This document shows, piece after piece, positions 48,098-58,139 of a stretch of DNA of 64,000 nt; position 1 is the stretch's first letter, and the number at the start of each line of letters is the position of its first letter. The position numbers were made by a program, and so were the translations under genes. The notes beneath the pieces are model-generated. The model did not search any database and was not told the origin of the DNA. It saw only the letters and a program-made list of their open reading frames with translations. Source of the stretch: Saprospiraceae bacterium (GTDB taxonomy: Bacteria; Bacteroidota; Bacteroidia; Chitinophagales; Saprospiraceae); the NCBI GenBank assembly GCA_045106825.1, contig JBGCFH010000036.1, positions 23,353-87,352 on the forward strand. Reading direction: 5' to 3'.

Positions 48098-49196
48098 AGT
48101 AACTTATATATTTTTTAGCAGTTTTTTCAATACTATAATCCATTGCAATTTTTAAAGAAATATCTGTTGATACCTTTCGAGTTTCTTCATCTGTACTTAA
48201 ACTTTCCTTTATAGCTTGAGCAAAGCCATTTTTATCTCTAATAGGCACAAAAACCCCAGCAGATTTTACAACTTCCCTTAAAGTAGGAATATCAGTACAC
48301 ACAATTGGCTTACCTGCTGCCATTGCTTCTACGACAGTGTTACAAAATCCTTCCCATAAAGATGTCATTACAAATACATCAAACTTCGATAAAAATGCAT
48401 AGACCTCTTCTCTTGATACTGCTCCTGTAAGAATAACCTTATCTTCAAGTTTCAATTTATGAATTAATTCTTCCAGAATATTTTTCTTATCACCATCTCC
48501 AACAATAACTAAATAAGTATTTTGAAAAGAAATATCTAAAGTTAATTGATGAAAAGCAGTAAGTAATGTTTCATAATTTTTTTGTTCAACAATACGACCA
48601 ACAGATCCTACTACTTTAATATCTTCTCGAAGTAATATCTCCGCATTATATTTTTTTGCTGTTCTTAATGTAAGTTTCTGATTATTTATAAATTCAGTAT
48701 TCACTCCATTGTGTACAATAGTAACTTTATTTTTAGTTACCAATTGTTCAATCTTGGAAAAAGATTTATGTGTGTTTTCAGAATTACATAAGATTTTATC
48801 CGATAATAATAATATAAAGAAATTAATAAAACTTTGATAAGGTTTAAAAAAATTATGATTGTTATGCTCAGTTTTTATTAAAATTACGTTTTTCAATACT
48901 AAACGAGCTACTACGAAAAAAATGAGTGAGGATATAGTATGGTGAGCATGAATAACCTCAGGCTGCCACTTTTTTAAAAACTTATACACTGTTTTTACAT
49001 TAGAAAAAAGGTTTCCTTTTTTGAGTTCCAGATTTTCTATATCTCTTGTAAAAGGATTTGGGGGATATTTACTATCCTTGTAATAAACTACCGTTTTAAT
49101 ATTATCTTCATATTTATGTAACTCAGCCGCTACTTCTAATGGAATAGAAGTTGTGGCATCTAAGTTAACAACATAAACAACTCTTGTCTTTTTCAT
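48084..49196 (-). CDS. Glycosyltransferase family 4
   Basis: TSLWEGFCNTVVEAMAAGKPIVCTDIPTLREVV. Confidence 0.8.
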   Translation of the reverse strand: MKKTRVVYVVNLDATTSIPLEVAAELHKYEDNIKTVVYYKDSKYPPNPFTRDIENLELKKGNLFSNVKTVYKFLKKWQPEVIHAHHTISSLIFFVVARLVLKNVILIKTEHNNHNFFKPYQSFINFFILLLSDKILCNSENTHKSFSKIEQLVTKNKVTIVHNGVNTEFINNQKLTLRTAKKYNAEILLREDIKVVGSVGRIVEQKNYETLLTAFHQLTLDISFQNTYLVIVGDGDKKNILEELIHKLKLEDKVILTGAVSREEVYAFLSKFDVFVMTSLWEGFCNTVVEAMAAGKPIVCTDIPTLREVVKSAGVFVPIRDKNGFAQAIKESLSTDEETRKVSTDISLKIAMDYSIEKTAKKYISYYGFG

Positions 49197-49199
49197 ATT

Positions 49200-50051
49200 C
49201 TACCTAATTAACCAATCCGAAAAGTCTCGATTGAAATATACTTTTAAGGCATTAACTTCTTCTGAATAAATAGATTTTAGTAAATCAAATTCTTCCTCTG
49301 TTATATTTGGCTTTTCTTTTACACGATTATTAAACTGCTTCGCTTTTCTGAATAGTAACTTTCTTACAGAACGCCCCAATATATTTTTAAGCATTTTCTT
49401 TACTAAAGAATTTCCTTTAGTGAAATCTAATAAAATATTTTGATAAATTTTGCTTTTAGGTACTACTGCTTGATTTTTTAGTGACATTTCAGTCTCTTCT
49501 ACCTCAACATTAAGAAAATTATATACCTTTTCCAGCTCTGATTTACTATTCTCTTTGAAATCTTCTAATACAAAAAAAAGTAATTGATCACCTTGAAAGT
49601 GTTTTAATAATTTTTTTATTTGTAAACTATAACATCCTTCTCTTATCAAATAATTTTTTGGATTATCAGGGGTTTCTAATTCATCTTTTAAAGCTTCAAT
49701 GAATGTTCTATGTTCTATCCCACCTCTTTTTCGAAACCAAAAATGCGAATGTGCCCTCTTTATTGGGTTTCTAATTATATATATAATTTTTATATCAGGT
49801 ATTGTAGACTTAATTCTTTCTATCCCTTGAGCGGAGGAGATATAATGAGGAGTAGCATCTCCAATCAATGGAGAATTTTCTTCAAAAAAAGATTTATACC
49901 AATCTAAACCTTTTTTCCAATTCTCATCATTATTAAAAAAGCCAACTTCTTTAATAGAAGGAATAAATATATCCTTATGATGAGATAAAGTAATAGCGAG
50001 TGAGGTTGTTCCACATTTTGGAGCACCGCCTATTATAAAGTTTGGTAACAT
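49200..50051 (-). CDS. Sulfotransferase (Sulfotransfer_1-like, KxGTT class)
   Basis: 5'-PSB loop FIIGGAPKCGTTSL and 3'-phosphate motif IYIIRNPIKRAHSHF. Confidence 0.8.
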   Translation of the reverse strand: MLPNFIIGGAPKCGTTSLAITLSHHKDIFIPSIKEVGFFNNDENWKKGLDWYKSFFEENSPLIGDATPHYISSAQGIERIKSTIPDIKIIYIIRNPIKRAHSHFWFRKRGGIEHRTFIEALKDELETPDNPKNYLIREGCYSLQIKKLLKHFQGDQLLFFVLEDFKENSKSELEKVYNFLNVEVEETEMSLKNQAVVPKSKIYQNILLDFTKGNSLVKKMLKNILGRSVRKLLFRKAKQFNNRVKEKPNITEEEFDLLKSIYSEEVNALKVYFNRDFSDWLIR

Positions 50052-51530
50052 TTAAAAAATTTTCGATTTTAGCTTTAAAAAGAAAAGCTTTTCATTACTT
50101 GTGAAAAAATTTAATTTGTACAAGGCAATTAAATAAAATCCCCCAAAAAAAAGACTACACATAACTACAACAAAAAAATAATTTGCTATATCATACTGTT
50201 TTATTCCAGTTCCAATCAGTAAAATACAAATAAGCACGGCAAGTAATTTAAAAAACATTACGAGATTGAACTTTATAGCAATTTGCTTTTTTGTCAGCAC
50301 CACAAAGATAATACTACCTAAAGTATAACTTATCAAAGTAGAAATCGCAGCTCCTAATAACTGTAACTTTGGAATGAGTACAATATTGGATATAATATTT
50401 ATCCCTCCAATAATCAACCAGAAAAATCCAAAATTTGATTTTTTATTTAAAGCGGAAAGAACACTATTCAATAATTGCATAAATCCATAAGCTGCTATCC
50501 CAATGGTAACAACCTTCATGACAATAATTCCTTCTAAAAAATCTTTATTACTCATTGCTATCAATAATACATCAGCAAATAAATAATTAATAAGAATAAA
50601 AAAAAGTGCTCCTGTAGCGTATAGTTTTAATAAAGTATTTAAGCGTTTTTCAATTGTACTAAAGTCTCCTTTTGAAACTAAAAGTGAAAAATCAGGAAGT
50701 AAAACTTGTGTTATGGGTCGAACTAACAGCAATGCCACGCTACCTAATACATATGCCCCCGAATAAATACCCACACTTCTTATATCTAAGAAATATAATA
50801 TTAAATACCTATCACTAAGAGCTGTAAGCCAAATCCCCAAGCTACCTACTAATAATGGAATACCAAACTTTAAATATTTTTTCACTAATTTAAAGTGAGG
50901 ATTAACAAACCGATATCCTAATTTAATATGAACTTTGTAAAGAAAAATCATTAACCAACTAAACTCAGTCAAAATAAAAAATCCTATTATAAACTCTATC
51001 TTTTTAAAAAATAGAATACTACAAGATAAAACCAATATTTTGGTTAAGTGCCTAAGTGAACTATATATAGATAATAATTTGTTTAGTCGTTGTCCTCTAA
51101 GAAAATTGCTATATTCATTTAATAACGTTTCTATTGGTAAAAAAAAAACAATAAGAATAGCAAGCTGTTCAAAACCACTTTGTCCAAATATCCATAAGCT
51201 AAAGTCTTCTCTAAATAAAAAGAAGACACTACTTACTAAAAGGGCTAAAATAATCACAAAAGAAATAACACTACTAAACTCTCTCTCAATTATTTCATGT
51301 TCAATATTTTTAGTTAAATATTTTTTTAGTCCTGTCCCGACATTTAAAGAAGTCAACCGAAGGAAAAATGTTGTAGTAACACTAAATTGCTGCCATACTC
51401 CATATAAAACACTACCCATAACTTTTGATATTAAGGGTAACAGAATATAAGACGAAAACTTAGCTACCAAAGGCGGCAAAGCAGAAAACAATATATCAAT
51501 CGCAAATTTAACACTACTTTGTTTTTTCAT
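50052..51530 (-). CDS. wzx: Oligosaccharide flippase (Wzx, MOP superfamily)
   Basis: 492 aa with about 12-14 hydrophobic helices. Polysaccharide-biosynthesis-protein-like N-terminus. Located next to the Wzy-like gene. Confidence 0.7.
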   Translation of the reverse strand: MKKQSSVKFAIDILFSALPPLVAKFSSYILLPLISKVMGSVLYGVWQQFSVTTTFFLRLTSLNVGTGLKKYLTKNIEHEIIEREFSSVISFVIILALLVSSVFFLFREDFSLWIFGQSGFEQLAILIVFFLPIETLLNEYSNFLRGQRLNKLLSIYSSLRHLTKILVLSCSILFFKKIEFIIGFFILTEFSWLMIFLYKVHIKLGYRFVNPHFKLVKKYLKFGIPLLVGSLGIWLTALSDRYLILYFLDIRSVGIYSGAYVLGSVALLLVRPITQVLLPDFSLLVSKGDFSTIEKRLNTLLKLYATGALFFILINYLFADVLLIAMSNKDFLEGIIVMKVVTIGIAAYGFMQLLNSVLSALNKKSNFGFFWLIIGGINIISNIVLIPKLQLLGAAISTLISYTLGSIIFVVLTKKQIAIKFNLVMFFKLLAVLICILLIGTGIKQYDIANYFFVVVMCSLFFGGFYLIALYKLNFFTSNEKLFFLKLKSKIF

Positions 51531-52788
51531 TTATTTGTCTATAAATTAAGTAATCTCCATATTGATAACCTGTTATCATGCCTAATGGCAATGCTAAGAA
51601 AAATTTGTTAGTAGCTCCTCCTCCTAAAAAAATATTGATAATAGCACCATAGAATAATAAACCTAATATTGTCAATAGTTCAACTTGTTGTGCTTTTGTA
51701 CTTTTTCTTCTCCTAATATTAATTTTTTTCGCCCTTTGAAATGCAATTATCCACAATAAAACATACATAAATAATGCAGGAAGTCCGTTTTCTACAGCAA
51801 TACGCATATATTCATTATGAGATCCGTGCGCCTTTTTTTCTCCTAACTTAAAAGCAACTTTTTCATTTTCTTCTTTAAATTTATCCGTACCTATTCCAAA
51901 TATCGGATTTTCTTTAATATTCTGAAATGAAAAAGCGAAAAGGTACATTCTTGCAGCATTACTTTGACTCCCTACTTCTTCTGTCTCTCTATCCTCTAAA
52001 GAAAATTTAGAAAATGCAGTGACAGTATCTCCAAACTGATCTACTAAAATTTCAGAACCCGCAAAAGCTCCACCTACAACAAGAGTTCCTAAAGATAATC
52101 CGACAACCGTTAGTACGCTATACATTCGCATGACTTTAAATTTATAGCCAAAAAACCGAAATAAGAAGTAAGTGATTCCGAGTACCCCAAATAAAAAAGC
52201 AAACCAACACTTTCTCTCAAGCGAAAAAATTAGAAAAATTAGAGAAACGTAAAAAGCCGATGTATACTTACTATAATAAAAATTTTTTACAAAAAGCAGT
52301 AATGTAACTACTCCAAAAAGATATTTAGGTTCATTTAAAGCTTTATAGCCTACAATCCTACCATTTCCGATATGCCATAAGACCGTATAAGCTATAATCA
52401 AAACAACAGTCCAATAAAAGAATTTTAGAAATACGGCTCGAGCTTTGGGTGAATGAAAAATACCATAGATAAGATACAAGAAAATAATAAACTCTACTTG
52501 TTGAAAAAATTCCTTACCAAAGGACGACGGATTAAGAACTAACCCATTAAAAGTAACATATAATGCTAATATTATATATATAAGATTCAATTTATTGGAA
52601 AAAAAGCTCTTCAAAAGAGATTTTTTATTAAAAAAAATCGAAGCTATAAAAACGCAAAGAACAAATAGAAAATCAAATGGGCGAAGAACAAATCCCACTT
52701 TAATTTCGATAGGTAAAAATAATATACCTGAGGCTATTCCAACAAGTTTAGCAAGAAGTGTAACATCTATCTTATATTTTTTCGCCAT
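51514..52788 (-). CDS. wzy: O-antigen polymerase/ligase family membrane protein (Wzy-like)
   Basis: Polytopic membrane protein with the Wzy_C-type periplasmic loop and the motif GSHNEYMRIAVENGLPALFMY. Confidence 0.7.
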   Translation of the reverse strand: MAKKYKIDVTLLAKLVGIASGILFLPIEIKVGFVLRPFDFLFVLCVFIASIFFNKKSLLKSFFSNKLNLIYIILALYVTFNGLVLNPSSFGKEFFQQVEFIIFLYLIYGIFHSPKARAVFLKFFYWTVVLIIAYTVLWHIGNGRIVGYKALNEPKYLFGVVTLLLFVKNFYYSKYTSAFYVSLIFLIFSLERKCWFAFLFGVLGITYFLFRFFGYKFKVMRMYSVLTVVGLSLGTLVVGGAFAGSEILVDQFGDTVTAFSKFSLEDRETEEVGSQSNAARMYLFAFSFQNIKENPIFGIGTDKFKEENEKVAFKLGEKKAHGSHNEYMRIAVENGLPALFMYVLLWIIAFQRAKKINIRRRKSTKAQQVELLTILGLLFYGAIINIFLGGGATNKFFLALPLGMITGYQYGDYLIYRQINEKTK

Positions 52789-53699
52789 TTCTCTAAGTTC
52801 AAACCTGTCAATAATTCTAATTTAACTATATCTTCTCGATAATAATCTCTCAATATATCATGTACTTCTTTATCCATTGGAGGGTAAGCCTCTTGTTTAG
52901 TATTCCAGCTTTTAAGCTTTTGAGTCCACCCCATTTTTTTTATCTTATCTAAAAAAACATTGGTGATATTGTTCCTCCTCAAAAACTTCGCTGTGTTAGA
53001 AATCAATTTAAAAATAAAAAAACTTCTCGGTTTTGACGCCGCATAACTTTTTTTACTCATTTCTTGTTTTTTCTTCTCAAAAAAGCCTTCAAAAGGAACT
53101 CCTATAAAATTGGAAATTTTCCTAAGATTAACATCTTGATTTAAGAAAAAATCATCAAATTCAAAACCCATGATTTGATCAGGCGGAAACAGATTGTAAT
53201 ATTTCTTTAATTGTTTATAATATAAACCTCTTTGTATTACACGAATTTCCTTATCTAAAACTACTTTTTCAAAACTTGTTTTGATGTGATTTTTTCTAAA
53301 AGCCATCCAATAGTGAGAATATGCTCGCTTTATCGGATTTCTAAGGATAAAAATAATTTTCACATCAGGAATACTCTTATGAATTCGTTCAGCTGCCAAA
53401 TCATCACATATATACATTGGTGTTACTTCGCCAACTGCACTTTCGCCATTGTATCCTTTAAAAAAACTATTGTACCAATTCCAACCTAATTGATAATTAT
53501 CAATATTCTCTAAGTTTGAGTTTTTCTTATTAAAAAAGTGAGTTTCTTTAGTTAAAGGCACATACACATCCGGATGTAAATTTAATTGATTATAAAGCCA
53601 AGTAGTTCCAGATTTTTCGGCACCAATGACTAAAAAAGTAGGCTTTTTATGATTCATATCCTCAAATATTAGGTGATTTTTTATCTTCCAATAATTCAC
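52767..53699 (-). CDS. Sulfotransferase (Sulfotransfer_1-like, KxGTT class)
   Basis: 5'-PSB loop FLVIGAEKSGTTWL and 3'-phosphate motif IFILRNPIKRAYSHY. The internal ATG at 53657 (MNHKKPTFLVIG) is the more likely start, by analogy with the paralogues. Confidence 0.8.
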   Translation of the reverse strand: MNYWKIKNHLIFEDMNHKKPTFLVIGAEKSGTTWLYNQLNLHPDVYVPLTKETHFFNKKNSNLENIDNYQLGWNWYNSFFKGYNGESAVGEVTPMYICDDLAAERIHKSIPDVKIIFILRNPIKRAYSHYWMAFRKNHIKTSFEKVVLDKEIRVIQRGLYYKQLKKYYNLFPPDQIMGFEFDDFFLNQDVNLRKISNFIGVPFEGFFEKKKQEMSKKSYAASKPRSFFIFKLISNTAKFLRRNNITNVFLDKIKKMGWTQKLKSWNTKQEAYPPMDKEVHDILRDYYREDIVKLELLTGLNLEKWRKNIR

Positions 53700-54014
53700 T
53701 TAATTCAAATACTTCTTTCCTGAACTGTTTCTTTAGTTCTTCCTTAAAAAATATGTCTTTTCCTGAAAGAACCATTTCTTTTTATCTAATTTATAGAGTA
53801 TTTATATTATAAAATCTTTTTATTGTATATATGGTGATGTAAATTAGTTTTACACATTAATTTTTTGACTTATCTTAACAGTATATCCAGTTTCAGAAAA
53901 ACCCTAATAGTAATATCATTAGACTTAGCATCCCAACAACCAATAACATTTTTCATCTTTTCGATGAAATTTCAATTACTATTATGTGTAGTTTTTTAAT
54001 CATATACTTACTAA

Positions 54015-55286
54015 TTATAAAAATTGCCTAAGCAACTCCTCTTTAGATTTTATGTAATACTCACTTACATATTCCGTATGAGATTCAGCCCATTTTGTGT
54101 ATTGCAACAAATTATTATTATTCAAAAATGCTTTTATATTATTTTCTACTAAAAAATTTATTCCTTTCAAATCGACACTAATACTATTTTTCGAATATGC
54201 AAATTTATGTATATTTTCTTGAGCGATTTTATCAATAATTTCGGCAGTTCTAAAACAAGATTTTCCATCTAATTTCCCAAATTTTTGTTCCAAAAAGTCA
54301 CGATGTTCATTAAAAGAACTATTGGTAGAGGGCGAGTTAATAAACTTAGATAATTCATCAAGTGTTGAAATATGATTTTTGCATGCTTTAAGATGCATAT
54401 AACCTTCAATATCTTTGGTTCTTAGGTCTGTAAAAATACTTACTGTTGGTACATCCGCTATCCATGCTTCTAAAATCGAAGAACTCAGCCTTGTAACATA
54501 TCTATCACAATTCACAATCCATTGTCCAATAGATCCACTCGTATTATAGAATACATTCTCATATTCCTCATTACTTAATCCTTGTATTTCTTTTATTTTC
54601 TCCAAAGGTGCACCTGGATGAGGTCGTAAAATAAAGCTAACATTAGGATTTTCCTTAGATAATACTTTTAACCATTCACTTAAACGGTGAAACGCTATCC
54701 AACTTTTATCAATATATTCCTGTGTTTTTAGTCCTCTGTCAAGTGCTTTTTTTATTCTATCAGGCTTAAATAATATTGCATAATCATAAGCAAATAAAAT
54801 CCACTTCGTATTATAAGGAATACCAAAATCCTTACTTAGTTGTTTTTTTGACTTAAAAAACGTATTCTTTAAATCCTCATCTAAATAAGCATCATATCTC
54901 GTTACGCCAACAGTATGAACATTAATATTCGGATTAATTACTTTAGCCCGTTCTTCATAAATATCTCCCCATGCGAAAAAATGATTAGACAATTGTAATT
55001 GTAAAATATGTGGATTCTGTTTTTTATCTAACAATTGATTTTGCTCTTGATAAGAATTTAGAAGTATTGCCTTACAATTTACACTCTCAAAAAATCGAAG
55101 TATCTTCTCCGTCATCCAAGGAAGATAAATAATATCCGGCTTGAAGTTAATCACATTCCCTTTCAAAAAACTACCGCTTAAAGAAACTTTAACTTCATGT
55201 CCCATCTTTTTCAGATATTCTCCGATAACTATAAGGGAGTCTAAAGAGCGATTAGCATGCTGTTCTATTAGTAAAATTTTTGCCAT
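54015..55286 (-). CDS. Unassigned surface-carbohydrate biosynthesis protein, GT-B-like (candidate nonulosonic-acid transferase)
   Basis: The N-terminus MAKILLIEQHANRSLDSLIVIGEYLKKMGHEV looks like a Rossmann-type GT-B half. No canonical GT4 E-x7-E motif. Sits between the nonulosonic-acid genes and the Wzy/Wzx block. The functional call is an inference. Confidence 0.35.
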   Translation of the reverse strand: MAKILLIEQHANRSLDSLIVIGEYLKKMGHEVKVSLSGSFLKGNVINFKPDIIYLPWMTEKILRFFESVNCKAILLNSYQEQNQLLDKKQNPHILQLQLSNHFFAWGDIYEERAKVINPNINVHTVGVTRYDAYLDEDLKNTFFKSKKQLSKDFGIPYNTKWILFAYDYAILFKPDRIKKALDRGLKTQEYIDKSWIAFHRLSEWLKVLSKENPNVSFILRPHPGAPLEKIKEIQGLSNEEYENVFYNTSGSIGQWIVNCDRYVTRLSSSILEAWIADVPTVSIFTDLRTKDIEGYMHLKACKNHISTLDELSKFINSPSTNSSFNEHRDFLEQKFGKLDGKSCFRTAEIIDKIAQENIHKFAYSKNSISVDLKGINFLVENNIKAFLNNNNLLQYTKWAESHTEYVSEYYIKSKEELLRQFL

Positions 55287-56170
55287 TATACCGACTTTAA
55301 TACTGCTTGAAAACGTGGAATCAACTGATTCAATAAATGAGTATCTCGATTATTTTTTGTGGGCTTAATAGAGTTAATAAGTTCATTAGTTTTATCACCA
55401 AAAGTTGCACCAATAAATGCTGCGACTTTTTCAATTTCTTTTTTAGGAGACTTCAATACTCTATCATACTCTAATTCTAATAAATTAGGTATTTCTACTT
55501 TTCTGTTCATACGAATAAAATAATACGCACAACGATTGATTTCGTCAAGTGAAGTCCATAAATCATAATCATTTTCTGCTACCCAGAAAGGAATATAATA
55601 TTTTTTATATTTAACCAAAGGCCATATTCTATTATCATTCTTTAAGCCTTCATCACTGAACCATGCCTTATTTTTCAAAGAATTTAAATTATCTAAGATT
55701 GAACGTCGAATGTAAACCACTTTTATATTTGGAAAATACATTCTAAATTGCTCTAAAAAAGGTACTAAACTTGGCAGTTTAAATCCAGGAATAGAGGTAT
55801 CTATTAACTGTTTCATTTCTGCCTTTCTTTTACCTTTATTTAACCTATCATCAATAAACTTTTGAGTTTTTACCTTGTATATAGAACTATCATCTTGTAG
55901 GTTACAATTGAGGCCACGACCTGCCAAATTATTTATTAATAATTCCTCATATAAAATATTTCTATATAAAAATTTCCAAGAGTCTATATCCATATTATCT
56001 ATCATACTAAATAAAGAGAGCATAGAAGCAGGTTCAAAGTTATATTCAACTTCCCTCATAGAGTGAACTACCTTTCCTAAAATAGTAGTTCCACTTCGTG
56101 CACTTCCTGTAATGACAAAGGACTTATCACAAATGCGTTCTACATCACTATTTAAATGATATTTTATCAT
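55286..56170 (-). CDS. Sulfotransferase family protein (RSGT class)
   Basis: N-terminal loop FVITGSARSGTTILGKVV. Confidence 0.7.
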   Translation of the reverse strand: MIKYHLNSDVERICDKSFVITGSARSGTTILGKVVHSMREVEYNFEPASMLSLFSMIDNMDIDSWKFLYRNILYEELLINNLAGRGLNCNLQDDSSIYKVKTQKFIDDRLNKGKRKAEMKQLIDTSIPGFKLPSLVPFLEQFRMYFPNIKVVYIRRSILDNLNSLKNKAWFSDEGLKNDNRIWPLVKYKKYYIPFWVAENDYDLWTSLDEINRCAYYFIRMNRKVEIPNLLELEYDRVLKSPKKEIEKVAAFIGATFGDKTNELINSIKPTKNNRDTHLLNQLIPRFQAVLKSV

Positions 56171-56182
56171 AATACGTTTCTA

Positions 56183-57418
56183 CTATTTATTAGTTTTTTT
56201 ATTTGATTTTTTATTGATTTTGCTACTAATTTTGCTATTTTCAATTTTATCACATTTAAGGCTACCGTACTTTACATTTTTCGTTTCACTATTTTTGAGT
56301 AATTTCACACGTTCAAAAGCATAATCTTCTGCGTCTTCTACCGTACAAGACAATACATTGTGTGCTCTTATTCCACGATTACATTGTTTAATGACTACTT
56401 GTTCTATTTCACCTTTTTTTACTTTCATTCCATGAAATATAGCATATTCAAACTTTCTACTATTTTCAATTTTTCCATTTTTTATACTAAACCGTTTTGA
56501 CTTTTTAGGACCTCGAATAAAGCCTCCCTTTATATAAAAATCACTAAGTTCAAATGAAATATTTTGATTACCTACATGAATACGTGATGAATAATCACCA
56601 TCTTCTGCACTACAATCAATATTTCTGATTTTAGCATGTGCTATATGTTCCAAATGAATAGAGCTCTTAATGGTATTGATACTTGAAAAATCATCAATAA
56701 ATAGTTTCGTGTTTTTTCCTACTTCTTTAGAAGCTACTCCCATACCAATATATACCTTCTCTGCATGACAGTTTTCAAGTTTAAAAGTACGTTTCTGATA
56801 TTCAGGGATTCCATCTGAACGAAACTTAAAAGCTTGCGGATATTTATCTATTGGTAAAGCACTATCATATGCTTTACAATTACGAATAATTGCTTCATCT
56901 GCTCTTATACAGATACCATCAGATACAAAATTTCTAAGCGTGACATCTTCTATAAGCACATATTCTGCTTCAAAATTTTGATTTCCTAATATCCCATTAT
57001 TAGTAACTGTTTGTTTCCATTTACTATTGAACTCAGACTTTGGATGACCAGGGTATTTTTGAAAAGATTTATTACCATCAAAAGTTCCTCCTTTCCAAAT
57101 AAATTTAAGGTTCGGTGCTTTTACAGAAATTAAATTATAAGTGCTATTAGGGGCAGCAATAAAAGTTGCTCCATATGCAGAAACCTCCAATTCTTTGGGG
57201 TATATCATAATTGTACTACTAATTAAATAGACTCCTTTGGGAATTTTTATCTTTCCTCCTTTTTGTAATAAGGTTTGTAAAGCCTTTGTATCATCACTTT
57301 TTCCATCGCCTTTCAATTTAAGCATCTTTAGTTCGTTATTACAATTCGTTAAAGTAATAATAATAATAATAGAAAAAAGACTCAACCGAAATATTTTATA
57401 TACAAGTCCAGCCACCAT
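56183..57418 (-). CDS. Right-handed beta-helix (pectate-lyase-fold) lipoprotein
   Basis: Lipobox IIIITLTNC. KGDGKSDDTKALQTLLQKGGKIKIPKGVYLISSTI is the typical N-terminal cap of Pectate_lyase_3/GH28-related beta-helix proteins. Repeated short beta-rungs. Lys-rich tail KISSKINKKSNKKTNK. Confidence 0.6.
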   Translation of the reverse strand: MVAGLVYKIFRLSLFSIIIIITLTNCNNELKMLKLKGDGKSDDTKALQTLLQKGGKIKIPKGVYLISSTIMIYPKELEVSAYGATFIAAPNSTYNLISVKAPNLKFIWKGGTFDGNKSFQKYPGHPKSEFNSKWKQTVTNNGILGNQNFEAEYVLIEDVTLRNFVSDGICIRADEAIIRNCKAYDSALPIDKYPQAFKFRSDGIPEYQKRTFKLENCHAEKVYIGMGVASKEVGKNTKLFIDDFSSINTIKSSIHLEHIAHAKIRNIDCSAEDGDYSSRIHVGNQNISFELSDFYIKGGFIRGPKKSKRFSIKNGKIENSRKFEYAIFHGMKVKKGEIEQVVIKQCNRGIRAHNVLSCTVEDAEDYAFERVKLLKNSETKNVKYGSLKCDKIENSKISSKINKKSNKKTNK

Positions 57419-58139
57419 CTACTATTAAGTTTTGTCCAGTTATATATTGTGCATCATCAGATAATAAAAAAGATACAGGAGATGCAATATCTTTAGGTGT
57501 TCCCATTCGTTTCATAGGAACTTTATATTCATAATTTTTAACAAAAGTAGGATGCTGATTATCAAAGATTCCACCTGGTGAAAGGCAGTTGACTCTTATG
57601 TTATCTTTACCATAAAAAGAGGCTAAATAACGAGAGAAATTAATCAAACCTCCCTTTATTGCTGAATAAGGTGCTGCTGTTTTCAAACCCGTTCCTTCAT
57701 AAATAGTAAAGTCATTACCTACAACACCATATATAGATGCAATGTTAACTATCGCACCACTTTTTTGTTCTTGCATGTAAGGTAATACTTCTTGACAACA
57801 AGCAACATAACTATTCAGTTGTAAATCAACATTTTCTCGCCATGAGTTTAAGTCTAAATCTTCTGCAAATGAAATACCCCAATTTTTTGTTCGAGGATAA
57901 GCATTATTGACTAAACCATCAATTTTTTTATATTTATGAAATACTTGATTTAATGCTTCTCTAAGCTCTATTTGTATCGTAGTATTTACTTCATAAAAAT
58001 CTATGCCTTCTATATTACTGGGTTTTATATCAAAATTAATTGCTTTAGCACCTCGTTTATGAAGTTCATGTAACATCTCCATGCCTAACAAGCCACTTCC
58101 CCCTGTAACAATAATTACTTTACCTTTTAAACTATTCAT
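57396..58139 (-). CDS. Short-chain dehydrogenase/reductase (PtmA-like)
   Basis: VIIVTGGSGLLG and catalytic PYSAIKGG (YxxxK). Confidence 0.75.
   Translation of the reverse strand: MNSLKGKVIIVTGGSGLLGMEMLHELHKRGAKAINFDIKPSNIEGIDFYEVNTTIQIELREALNQVFHKYKKIDGLVNNAYPRTKNWGISFAEDLDLNSWRENVDLQLNSYVACCQEVLPYMQEQKSGAIVNIASIYGVVGNDFTIYEGTGLKTAAPYSAIKGGLINFSRYLASFYGKDNIRVNCLSPGGIFDNQHPTFVKNYEYKVPMKRMGTPKDIASPVSFLLSDDAQYITGQNLIVDGGWTCI

Noticed and set aside
53662-53775. 37-aa minus-strand ORF (MVLSGKDIFFKEELKKQFRKEVFELSELLEDKKSPNI) ending 4 nt before the internal ATG (53657) of the sulfotransferase at 52767-53699.
   Set aside because: It is too short and has no motif, so it cannot be supported from sequence alone. 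It does weaken the longer 53699 start of the sulfotransferase.
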